From contig PNKL01000006.1 of the NCBI GenBank assembly GCA_013822425.1, positions 21,675 to 85,674 on the forward strand: 64,000 nucleotides of DNA, in the 5' to 3' direction. Shown here piece by piece: positions 24,965-32,509 of this stretch. How positions within the stretch are numbered: position 1 is the first letter of the stretch; each line of letters begins with the position of its first letter. The notes beneath the pieces were generated by a model. That model was given only the letters and a program-made list of their open reading frames with translations, had not been told where the DNA came from and made no database searches. The position numbers and the translations under genes were made by a program. This DNA comes from Gemmatimonas sp. Its GTDB lineage: Bacteria; Gemmatimonadota; Gemmatimonadetes; Gemmatimonadales; Gemmatimonadaceae.

Positions 24965-26844
24965 CACCGCTCACGTCGATCGTTGCGCCTGCACAGGCCG
25001 CGTCGCCGTTTGCCACGCCTGGCGAGGCGGAGCAGACGCCCGCGTTGACCGCCACGCAGCAGGGGGCGTTCGCCCGCGAGTTCTCGCGGGCGCAGTCACT
25101 GGCGCGCCCGGAAGCGCCGACCGCGTCGGCGACGGAGGAGGCGGCGACGACGGATGAGTCAGGCGATGCCGCAAGCGACCTGGTGCAACGCGCTGACGCG
25201 GGCTCTGAGCGCGGGCCGATTCAGGCGCTTCGCGAGTTGCTGCAGCGCGTGGCGGACGATTCCGCTCGCTTTCAGGACGGGGCCGAAGCCGAGCCTGCGG
25301 CGTGGGCGGATGCGGCGACTGATGCGGCGACCGATGCGGCGACCAAGGCGGCGACCAAGGCGGCGCGAGAGCCGGCCGATGCCGAAGATATCGCGGCCGA
25401 CCGGGCGAGCGCGGAGGGGGCGCTCCCTGCGTGGGACCGACGGGAAGCGGCGCGTCTCGCTTGGGAAGCGGGGCCTGTGGCGCCGCCGGCCGACCCGAGC
25501 GTCGTGATACGCGACCTCGGCGCATTGCAGCCGGAGTTTCGGGAGAAGGTGGAGCGCGTGGTGGCCCGGATGCAGGAAGAGCACGGACTGGATGTCTCGG
25601 TGGCCGAAACCTGGCGAGGCCAGCCACGGCAGGAGCACCTCTACGAACAGGGACGCGCCCGCGCCGGGGCGGTGGTCACATGGACCCGGAATTCGCGCCA
25701 CACGGAAGGACGCGCGGCAGACCTCGTCGTGAACGGACCGGCGAGCGCCGACGGCTATCGCCTCCTTGGCCAAGTGGCTCGGCAGGAAGGGTTGAAGACC
25801 CTGGGCCCTCGCGACCCCGGACACGTGGAACTTGCAGCCGCGTCGCCTGACGGTCCGAGCGCACTGCCTGGCGCTCCCAAGGTGATGGAGCTGGGAATCG
25901 CCGGGGCTGCCACGCCTCCGGGTGCTGCGGCCGTCGCCCCGGTCGCGTCCGTGGCATCGGTAGCGACTGTCGCTGCGGTCGCGAGCGTCGCGGAAGTCGC
26001 CCCGATCGCCCCGGTCGCTCCGGCTCCTCTGGGCATCCGGTCGGCGGTCGGCGCGCCGGACAGCGACGCGCGGTCGTCGAGCCGCATTCGCCGGCCCTCC
26101 GACGGGCCATCCGTTCCACAGGAGCGTGGGGCGGCGGTCACCGCGGATGCCCCGCCTGCGGCGCACCACCGCGACACGCCGCCCGCATCGGGTGGCGCTC
26201 CGGAGACTTCGGCGCGCACGGGACGCTGGTTCCGTGAAGACCGTCGTCCCACGCCACTCACCCGAGAGGCGGCAGAGATTGCCTCTGGAGGTTCGCCATC
26301 TTCCGCCCGGACGGCCTATGCAGCCGCCACGCCTACCCCGTGGCCCGTTTCAACGGCGCCTGCCGCTGGCGGACCGCTTGGCATCGATACCACGGCACGG
26401 ATCGCACAGGTCGTCGGACTCCAGGATGCACGCAGCGCGCTGCCGGTGTCGCACATGATGCTGCACCTCGACACGCCGGATGGCGGCGTGGATCGCGTGC
26501 GGGTCGCGCTTCGAGGGGCGCGCGTCGGCGCCACGATCGAACTCCACGACGGGGCGTCGGCGGCCGGACTGTCGCGACGGCTGCCGGAACTGATCACCGC
26601 GCTCGAAGCGCGCGGTCTCGAGTCCGGCCAACTGCGAGTGCAGCCCGCGACTGGGCACGATGGCACCACCCTGATGGACCTGGTCCGGGCAACCGTCGGC
26701 GACGCCTCGGCGGCCCGTGGCACGCTTTTCGCTAGTAGTGAAAGCCAGTTCTCACGATCACGCGACAATGAGCCGGGTGGGCACACCCAGCAGGAGTCGC
26801 CTCGACACCGCTCCCGCCGGGAGCAGAAGGACCCGACCCGATGA
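24961..26844 (+). CDS. fliK: Hook-length control protein FliK with an embedded M15/VanY-type (LAS) zinc peptidase domain
   Basis: It occupies the canonical slot between fliJ/motE-like and flgD-flgE. The C-terminal MLHLDTPDGGVDRVRVALRGARVGATIELHD...LPELITALEARGLESGQLRV is a FliK C-domain (Flg_hook) pattern. The middle region carries the SRHTEGRAAD and DPGH peptidase signatures. Confidence 0.75.
   Translation: MTPLTSIVAPAQAASPFATPGEAEQTPALTATQQGAFAREFSRAQSLARPEAPTASATEEAATTDESGDAASDLVQRADAGSERGPIQALRELLQRVADDSARFQDGAEAEPAAWADAATDAATDAATKAATKAAREPADAEDIAADRASAEGALPAWDRREAARLAWEAGPVAPPADPSVVIRDLGALQPEFREKVERVVARMQEEHGLDVSVAETWRGQPRQEHLYEQGRARAGAVVTWTRNSRHTEGRAADLVVNGPASADGYRLLGQVARQEGLKTLGPRDPGHVELAAASPDGPSALPGAPKVMELGIAGAATPPGAAAVAPVASVASVATVAAVASVAEVAPIAPVAPAPLGIRSAVGAPDSDARSSSRIRRPSDGPSVPQERGAAVTADAPPAAHHRDTPPASGGAPETSARTGRWFREDRRPTPLTREAAEIASGGSPSSARTAYAAATPTPWPVSTAPAAGGPLGIDTTARIAQVVGLQDARSALPVSHMMLHLDTPDGGVDRVRVALRGARVGATIELHDGASAAGLSRRLPELITALEARGLESGQLRVQPATGHDGTTLMDLVRATVGDASAARGTLFASSESQFSRSRDNEPGGHTQQESPRHRSRREQKDPTR
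25309..25368 (+). repeat. In-frame 12-bp tandem repeat (5 units) in the fliK N-terminal region
   Basis: gatgcggcgact, gatgcggcgacc x2, aaggcggcgacc, aaggcggcgcga. It encodes DAAT-DAAT-DAAT-KAAT-KAAR. Confidence 0.9.
25501..25833 (+). other. M15/VanY-like LAS metallopeptidase domain inside fliK (aa ~181-291)
   Basis: ETWRGQPRQEHLYEQGR (R..Q..L...G), SRHTEGRAAD (SxHxxGxAxD) and PRDPGHVEL (DxxH). These are the H/D/H zinc-ligand signature of D-Ala-D-Ala carboxypeptidase and endolysin-type peptidases. Confidence 0.7.
25933..26022 (+). repeat. Degenerate in-frame 9-bp repeat (10 units, GTCGCnnnn) in the fliK central region
   Basis: gtcgccccg gtcgcgtcc gtggcatcg gtagcgact gtcgctgcg gtcgcgagc gtcgcggaa gtcgccccg atcgccccg gtcgctccg. 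It encodes (V-A-x)10. Confidence 0.85.
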
Positions 26845-27518
26845 CTGCATCGATTGCCGCGCCGGCCGCATCTGCCGCCACCAGCGGATACCTCCCGACT
26901 TCGGGAACCGCCGCCTTGGGCGGCGCGATGGGAAAGGATGCGTTCATGAGACTGCTGATCACGCAAATGACGAATCAGAACCCGCTCAATCCGCAGGATG
27001 GCACCCAGATGGCATCGCAGCTCGCGCAGTTTTCGGCGCTCGAGCAGATGACGAACATGAATGCGACCCTCCGGGACCAGGCCGCCGCAAACGCGGCGCT
27101 CGCTGGCGCGGTGAACAACGCGTCGGCCATGACCCTGCTCGGCAGGGAGGTGACGGTGGCCAGCGACCAGATCGCCGGCGGCGCGACAGGCACGACGTCG
27201 GTTGCAGCCGAGATAGGGACCGGAGGAGGGAATCTCACGGTGCGCATCGTGGACGCGAACGGTGCGACGTTGACGACAAAACTCGTCGGCCGGGTTGGCA
27301 GTGGCCGCACGGACGTTGCCATCGGCGACCTCACGAGCAAGCTCCCCGCCGGCACGTATCAGGTGGTGTTCGACCTCGCCGCGGGCACGGCCGGGGTGAC
27401 GCATCCAACACCGCTCGTCACGGCGACGGTGGATGGCGTTCGTTTCGGCCCGAACGGAGTCGACATCACCAGCGGATCTCTCTCGTTCCCCATCGGCTCC
27501 ATCGTCTCCGTCCGCTAA
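26841..27518 (+). CDS. flgD: Hook capping/scaffold protein FlgD
   Basis: ...MGKDAFMRLLITQMTNQNPLNPQDGTQMASQLAQFSALEQMTNMN... ATGA overlap with fliK. Confidence 0.9.
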   Translation: MTASIAAPAASAATSGYLPTSGTAALGGAMGKDAFMRLLITQMTNQNPLNPQDGTQMASQLAQFSALEQMTNMNATLRDQAAANAALAGAVNNASAMTLLGREVTVASDQIAGGATGTTSVAAEIGTGGGNLTVRIVDANGATLTTKLVGRVGSGRTDVAIGDLTSKLPAGTYQVVFDLAAGTAGVTHPTPLVTATVDGVRFGPNGVDITSGSLSFPIGSIVSVR

Positions 27519-27552
27519 GCGACGGCCACCAGATTCCCCAGGAGTAGACACC

Positions 27553-28884
27553 ATGCTGCGTTCACTGTTCGCTGGCGTTTCCGGCCTCCGAAATCACCAG
27601 ATTCGAATGGACGTCATCGGCAACAACATCTCCAACGTGAACACCGTCGCGTTCAAGTCCGGGCGCGTCACATTCAAGGAGGGCTTTGCGCAGTTGCTGC
27701 AGGGAGGCAGTCGTCCACCGGGAAACCAGGGCGGCATCAACCCGATCCAGGTTGGCCTGGGCATGCAGATCGGCTCCGTCGACACGCTGATGTCGCAGGG
27801 CAACCTCGAGACGACCGGGCTCAGCACGGACGTGGCCATCCAGGGCGGGTCGTTCTTCGTTGCTCGCAAGGGCGGACAGAGCTATTACACGCGCTCCGGC
27901 AACTTCCAGGTGGACGCGCAGGGCCAGCTCGTGTCGCCGACGAATGGCTTCATCGTGCAGGGCCGGACCGCCGTAAACGGCGTCCTGCAGAACTCCATCA
28001 CCGACATCGTGCTGCCCTTCGGCCAGAAGACGGCCGCCCAGCCGACGACCTCAATGAAGCTGGCCGGCAACGTGGACTCGTCAGCGCCGATCTTCGATAC
28101 GGCCGACCCGGACGGTGCGGGGCCCGGAGTCGCGGGCTTCAATGCGGACACACGGGGCCTCACCGCCAACAAGGACGCGTGGACGTCGACGGCCATCACG
28201 ACCTACGATTCGCTTGGCAACAAGTACGACCTGAAGATCTTCCTCTACAAGTCGGCCGCGAATACGTGGAACTGGGAGGTGGATCCCCAGAGCCTCGTCG
28301 CAGCCGGTGTTCCCGCCAGCGGGGCCGGCGCGCCGACCGGCAGCGGCACATTCACGTTTGGCACCGACGGCACGCTCAGTTCGTCGGCGATCCAGACGAT
28401 CTCGTTCACCCCGCCCGGCGCCTCGACGGTGAGCATCGGCATCGACCCCGGCACCGGCGTGAACGGGCTGACGCAGTTCGCATCGACCAGCACGGCGGTC
28501 TTCCGGGACCAGAATGGCTATACCTCCGGCACGCTGCAGAACTTCTCCATTGACCGCACGGGCGTCATCACGGGGGCGTTCACCAATGGTGTCAACGTCA
28601 CGCTTGCGCAGATCGTCCTGGCCGATTTCAACAACGCCGCCGGCTTGCTGCGCATCGGCGACAACATGTACCAGGAGTCGGGCAACTCCGGCGGCGCGGT
28701 GCTCGGCTACGCGCTGGCGGGCAGCCAGTCGACGCTCACCAGCGGCGCCCTGGAAATGTCGAACGTCGATCTCGCGTCGGAGTTCACGGCGATGATCGTG
28801 GCGCAGCGCGGCTTCCAGGCCAACAGCAAGGTGATCACCACCAGTGACGAGATGCTGCAGGAACTGGTGTCGCTGAAGCGGTAG
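27553..28884 (+). CDS. flgE: Flagellar hook protein FlgE
   Basis: MLRSLFAGVSGLRNHQIRMDVIGNNISNVNTVAFK... and the C-terminal ...GALEMSNVDLASEFTAMIVAQRGFQANSKVITTSDEMLQELVSLKR. Confidence 0.95.
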   Translation: MLRSLFAGVSGLRNHQIRMDVIGNNISNVNTVAFKSGRVTFKEGFAQLLQGGSRPPGNQGGINPIQVGLGMQIGSVDTLMSQGNLETTGLSTDVAIQGGSFFVARKGGQSYYTRSGNFQVDAQGQLVSPTNGFIVQGRTAVNGVLQNSITDIVLPFGQKTAAQPTTSMKLAGNVDSSAPIFDTADPDGAGPGVAGFNADTRGLTANKDAWTSTAITTYDSLGNKYDLKIFLYKSAANTWNWEVDPQSLVAAGVPASGAGAPTGSGTFTFGTDGTLSSSAIQTISFTPPGASTVSIGIDPGTGVNGLTQFASTSTAVFRDQNGYTSGTLQNFSIDRTGVITGAFTNGVNVTLAQIVLADFNNAAGLLRIGDNMYQESGNSGGAVLGYALAGSQSTLTSGALEMSNVDLASEFTAMIVAQRGFQANSKVITTSDEMLQELVSLKR

Positions 28885-28910
28885 CGCGCCACGCGTGGCT
28901 GGAGGGCGAG

Positions 28911-28943
28911 GCGGAGAGCCGGTCCTGCGGACCGGCTCTCCGC
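28911..28943 (+). terminator. Strong hairpin after flgE (terminator, attenuator or mRNA stabiliser)
   Basis: GCGGAGAGCCGGTCC-tgc-GGACCGGCTCTCCGC, a perfect 15-bp stem, 27 nt after the flgE stop. No U-tract. Confidence 0.55.
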
Positions 28944-28981
28944 AATTCGGCGAGAGAGCGGCAGGTTCTGCCGTGCATGTC

Positions 28982-28997
28982 TGGCACGAGGCCTGCA
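28982..28997 (+). promoter_or_regulatory. Sigma54 -24/-12 promoter upstream of fliL
   Basis: TGGCACGAGGCCTGCA, with GG and GC at consensus spacing, 47 nt upstream of the fliL ATG and just after the flgE hairpin. Confidence 0.55.
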
Positions 28998-29043
28998 ATA
29001 GGGAGGGAGGAGCAGCCGCAGCTCACCCACGCAGCCCTCGAAC

Positions 29044-29580
29044 ATGACCGACGACGGCACGCCCGAAGCAGAAGACGCCGAACCCACCGCGCCAACGGCA
29101 CGACGGTCCTACGTGACCGCGGTCGTCATCGCGATCGGGCTGCTCGGTGGCGGCGCGTTCGGGACGCTGCTTGGAGGGCCGCTTCTGGCGCACCGCTTCG
29201 CGAAGACGGCAAGCGCTGCCTCCGTGCCGCCTGCGGAGGAACCGTCCGGCAAGGCGGCCGCCGGGCAGGCGGCCGTCCCTCAGGCGGACGTGCTTGTGGA
29301 CAACCTCGTCCTCAATCCAGCTGGCTCCGGCGGCCTGCGTTTTCTGCTCGTCACGGTCGGCCTTCGGCTGTCGAGCAGCGACAACGCACTCCTGATCAAG
29401 TCGCGCGACGCCGAAGTACGCGACCTGATCCTCCGTGTGCTCGGGAACAAGCGCGTCGACGAGCTGGCCGACATCGGGATGCGCGACGCGCTGAAGCGGG
29501 AGATCCAGACGGCCCTTGACGTGCTGCTCGGCGTTCGCGGGGTCAAGGGCGTGTATTTCCCGCAGTTCGTTCTCCAATAA
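29044..29580 (+). CDS. fliL: Basal-body-associated protein FliL
   Basis: Single TM segment, then ...LVLNPAGSGGLRFLLVTVGLRL...RDAEVRDLILRVLGNKRVDELADIGMRDALKREI...VKGVYFPQFVLQ. Confidence 0.85.
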   Translation: MTDDGTPEAEDAEPTAPTARRSYVTAVVIAIGLLGGGAFGTLLGGPLLAHRFAKTASAASVPPAEEPSGKAAAGQAAVPQADVLVDNLVLNPAGSGGLRFLLVTVGLRLSSSDNALLIKSRDAEVRDLILRVLGNKRVDELADIGMRDALKREIQTALDVLLGVRGVKGVYFPQFVLQ

Positions 29581-29636
29581 CCCTCGCACCCTCCACGTCG
29601 CCTCGTCCACTGATTCGCGCACCGACACGCCACCCC

Positions 29637-30650
29637 ATGAGCACCGAAACGCTTTCCCAGTACGATATCGACCGGATGCTCGGCGGCGTTGCGCCGTCGG
29701 CGGAGACGGTGGCGGCGGCAGCAACGGCCGGAGCGGACGCGGACGTCCAGGTCTACGACTTTCGCCGCCCGCATCGCGTGTCGAAGGAACGCCTGCGGAC
29801 GCTCGAGGCAATGTATGAACGCCTGGCCAAGTCGCTCGAGGCGTGGCTGATCAACCGGGTAAGGCGGCAGGTCACCCTCCGCATGCTGAGCGTCGAGCAG
29901 TTCAGTTTCGGCGAATTCACGCTCTCGCTGCCGACGCCGTGCGCCTCATACGGGTTCGACATTCGCAACGCGCGCGGCCGCAAGGGCGTGATCGACGTCG
30001 GACACGAGTTCGCCTATTTCATCGTCGACCGGCTGTTCGGCGGAAGCAGCAAGCAGCCGATCAGCCTGGACCGTGGATTGACGCCGATCGAGCGCCTTGC
30101 CGTGCGCGTCGTGGTCGAGCGACTCGCGACGCTCATCGAGGAAGTCTGGCATGACCACGTGCCGCTCGACCTTGAGCTGACGACCTTCGAGTCCTTTCCC
30201 GAGATGATCCTGGCGGCAAACCAGGACGACCCGGTGCTCGTGGCCAACATCGAGGCGTCGGTCGAGGACCAGTCGTCGCTCATCGTCATCTGCCTGCCAT
30301 TCAGCGTTCTCGAGGCGTTTTTCTCGTCCGCGGACCGGCGGCGCGTGGTGGAGGTCGTGACCACGGAGCAGGAGCGGCGCCTGGCAAGGGAGACCGTCGA
30401 AGGGTCCTTGCGCAAGACGCATGTGGACGTCGCGGCCCAACTGCCCGCGTTCCGCGTGCCCATGCGCCATCTCCTCGGGCTCCCGGTCGGGGCCGTGCTC
30501 GCCACGGGACTGCCGACCGACACCTCGCTCGACCTCTACATCAACGGCACGCCGCGCTATCGCGTCACGCCCGGCCGCATCGGCCAGCAGCTCGCCGTTC
30601 GCGTGCTCGACGCCCACGAGTCCGGGCTAGCCACCGCGCCCCTTCCCTGA
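29637..30650 (+). CDS. fliM: Switch protein FliM
   Basis: N-terminal LSQYDIDRML (the LSQxEIDxLL CheY-P-binding motif), followed by the FliM middle and C-terminal SpoA-like regions. Confidence 0.9.
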   Translation: MSTETLSQYDIDRMLGGVAPSAETVAAAATAGADADVQVYDFRRPHRVSKERLRTLEAMYERLAKSLEAWLINRVRRQVTLRMLSVEQFSFGEFTLSLPTPCASYGFDIRNARGRKGVIDVGHEFAYFIVDRLFGGSSKQPISLDRGLTPIERLAVRVVVERLATLIEEVWHDHVPLDLELTTFESFPEMILAANQDDPVLVANIEASVEDQSSLIVICLPFSVLEAFFSSADRRRVVEVVTTEQERRLARETVEGSLRKTHVDVAAQLPAFRVPMRHLLGLPVGAVLATGLPTDTSLDLYINGTPRYRVTPGRIGQQLAVRVLDAHESGLATAPLP

Positions 30651-30661
30651 GTGCAAATCGA

Positions 30662-31012
30662 ATGACCGACACCACCCTGCCATCATCAGGCGAGAACGCC
30701 GCCGCACCGGCCAGCTACCCCGAACTCGCGTCGGTCGGGGCCATGCCCTCGGAGGTCTCGCTGTCGATGCTGCTCGACCTGCCCCTGCCGGTGTCGATCG
30801 AGCTGGGGCGCACCCGCATGACGGTTCAGGAGATTCTCCGGCTCGGGCGCGGCTCGGTGGTCCAGCTGGAGCGCATGGCGGGTGAACCGATTGACATCTA
30901 CGTGGGCGATCGACGCTTCGCCGAGGGCGAAGTGGTCGTCATCAACGAGCACTTCGGCATCCGCGTCACGCGCATCATCTCGCCGATCACCGCGGCGGAG
31001 ATCGCGTCGTGA
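30662..31012 (+). CDS. fliN: Switch protein FliN
   Basis: LLDLPLPVSIELGRTRMTVQEILRLGRGSVVQLERMAGEPIDIYVGDRRFAEGEVVVINEHFGIRVTRI (SpoA domain). Confidence 0.9.
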   Translation: MTDTTLPSSGENAAAPASYPELASVGAMPSEVSLSMLLDLPLPVSIELGRTRMTVQEILRLGRGSVVQLERMAGEPIDIYVGDRRFAEGEVVVINEHFGIRVTRIISPITAAEIAS

Positions 31013-31034
31013 CACACCCGGCGGGGTCTCCCTC

Positions 31035-32240
31035 GTGACGCTCGGATCGTTCCTTGGAGTGCTCGGCACGCTGGGGCTGGTGCTGGGACTCCTGCTGCTC
31101 ACCCTCAAGCTGATCAGGCGCTATCTGCCGCACGCCGGCGGCACCGGCACCCAGGTGGGCATCGAGGTGGTGCAGCGCGTGGCCTTGGGCCCGCGCCAGG
31201 GTATCGCCGTGGTGCGCATCGGCGAGCAGCAGGTGGCGGTATCCGTCGGCGACGGCGGCGTGCATTTCATTGCCCACATCAACCCCCCGGACGATGACGC
31301 GCCGGCCGCAGCGCCCGCGCCGGCGGACCACGGCGTCGCCGCGTTGCCTGACTCCGGCCACTCCAGGTTCCATCGTCTGCTCGACGTTGCCATGCGCCTT
31401 TCCGTGGGGATCGGCCTGCTGTTCGCGGCAGGCTCGGTGAACCCGGCGGTCGCGCAGGCACCGCCACGGTCGGCGGCGACGGCGAGTCCGGCGGCTGCGG
31501 CGCGGCCGGCAGTCCCCGCGACCGCCGCACCGATCGCCCGAACGGACACCATGCTGACCCGGCTTGCCCCGCGCCTCGACCTTCGGGTCGGCAATGAGCA
31601 GGCCGGCGGCCTCCGCCTGTCGGGAACCGTGGGCATCGTGGTGATGATGGGCCTGCTGACGATGCTGCCCATGCTCGTGCTGATGATGACAGGCTTCACG
31701 CGCATCCTCATCGTGCTGCACTTCCTGCGGCAGGCGATCGGTGCGCAGAGCACACCGCCGGCCCAGCTTGTCGCCGGCCTCGCCCTGCTCCTCACGGGCT
31801 TCGTGATGGCGCCGACGCTGCGCGAGGTGAATCGCACGGCGCTCGAGCCCTGGATGGATGGCAGGATCGAGCAGGCGCAGATGCTCTCCCTTGGCGTGCA
31901 GCCGTTTCGGGCGTTCATGCTGCGACAGACGCGCACGCAGGACCTCGCGATGTCCATGAAACTGAGCCGGCTCGCGCCCGTCGCGCGCGCCGAGGACGTG
32001 CCGCTCGTCGTGCTCGTCACCGCGTTCGTCACCAGCGAGCTGCGCGTGGCGTTCCAGATGGGCTTCGCGCTCTTTCTCCCGTTCATCGTCATTGATGTCG
32101 TCGTCGCCTCGGTGCTGATGTCGATGGGCATGCTGATGCTGCCGCCGGCGATGATCTCGCTCCCGTTCAAGCTGCTGCTGTTCGTGCTGGTCGACGGGTG
32201 GGCGCTCCTCACCCAGAGCCTGATCCAGAGCTTCCGCTGA
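31035..32240 (+). CDS. fliP: FliO and FliP encoded in one uninterrupted reading frame (FliO module ~31035-31391, FliP module from ATG 31392)
   Basis: FliO part: a TM segment plus IEVVQRVALGPRQGIAVVRIGEQQVAVSVGDGGV. There is no in-frame stop before MRLSVGIGLLFAAGSVNPAVAQA (a FliP-type signal peptide). The FliP core follows: ...MTGFTRILIVLHFLRQAIG...FKLLLFVLVDGW. Confidence 0.85.
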   Translation: MTLGSFLGVLGTLGLVLGLLLLTLKLIRRYLPHAGGTGTQVGIEVVQRVALGPRQGIAVVRIGEQQVAVSVGDGGVHFIAHINPPDDDAPAAAPAPADHGVAALPDSGHSRFHRLLDVAMRLSVGIGLLFAAGSVNPAVAQAPPRSAATASPAAAARPAVPATAAPIARTDTMLTRLAPRLDLRVGNEQAGGLRLSGTVGIVVMMGLLTMLPMLVLMMTGFTRILIVLHFLRQAIGAQSTPPAQLVAGLALLLTGFVMAPTLREVNRTALEPWMDGRIEQAQMLSLGVQPFRAFMLRQTRTQDLAMSMKLSRLAPVARAEDVPLVVLVTAFVTSELRVAFQMGFALFLPFIVIDVVVASVLMSMGMLMLPPAMISLPFKLLLFVLVDGWALLTQSLIQSFR

Positions 32241-32509
32241 TGTCCGACACGCTGATCGTCGACCTCGCCCGCAACGCCATGCTGATGGCCCTTGGCCTGG
32301 CCGCGCCGATGCTGTTCGTGGCGCTCGGGATCGGGCTGCTCGTCAGCCTCGTGCAGGCCGTCACGCAGATCCAGGAGCAGACGCTCGCGTTCGTGCCGAA
32401 GCTCATCGCGGTGGCGATGGTGTTTCTGGTCGGGCTTCCGTGGATGACGCAGGTGGCGATGAAGTACACCACCGAGCTGATTCGCAGCCTTCCGGGGCTC
32501 GCGTCCTGA
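32240..32509 (+). CDS. fliQ: Export gate protein FliQ
   Basis: ...LMALGLAAPMLFVALGIGLLVSLVQAVTQIQEQTLAFVPKL... TGATG overlap with fliP. Confidence 0.9.
   Translation: MSDTLIVDLARNAMLMALGLAAPMLFVALGIGLLVSLVQAVTQIQEQTLAFVPKLIAVAMVFLVGLPWMTQVAMKYTTELIRSLPGLAS

Noticed and set aside
24542-26022. The possibility that the short tandem repeats represent a CRISPR array or a satellite
   Set aside because: The units are only 9-12 bp, contiguous with no spacers, in frame and inside coding regions. They are coding low-complexity repeats, not CRISPR.
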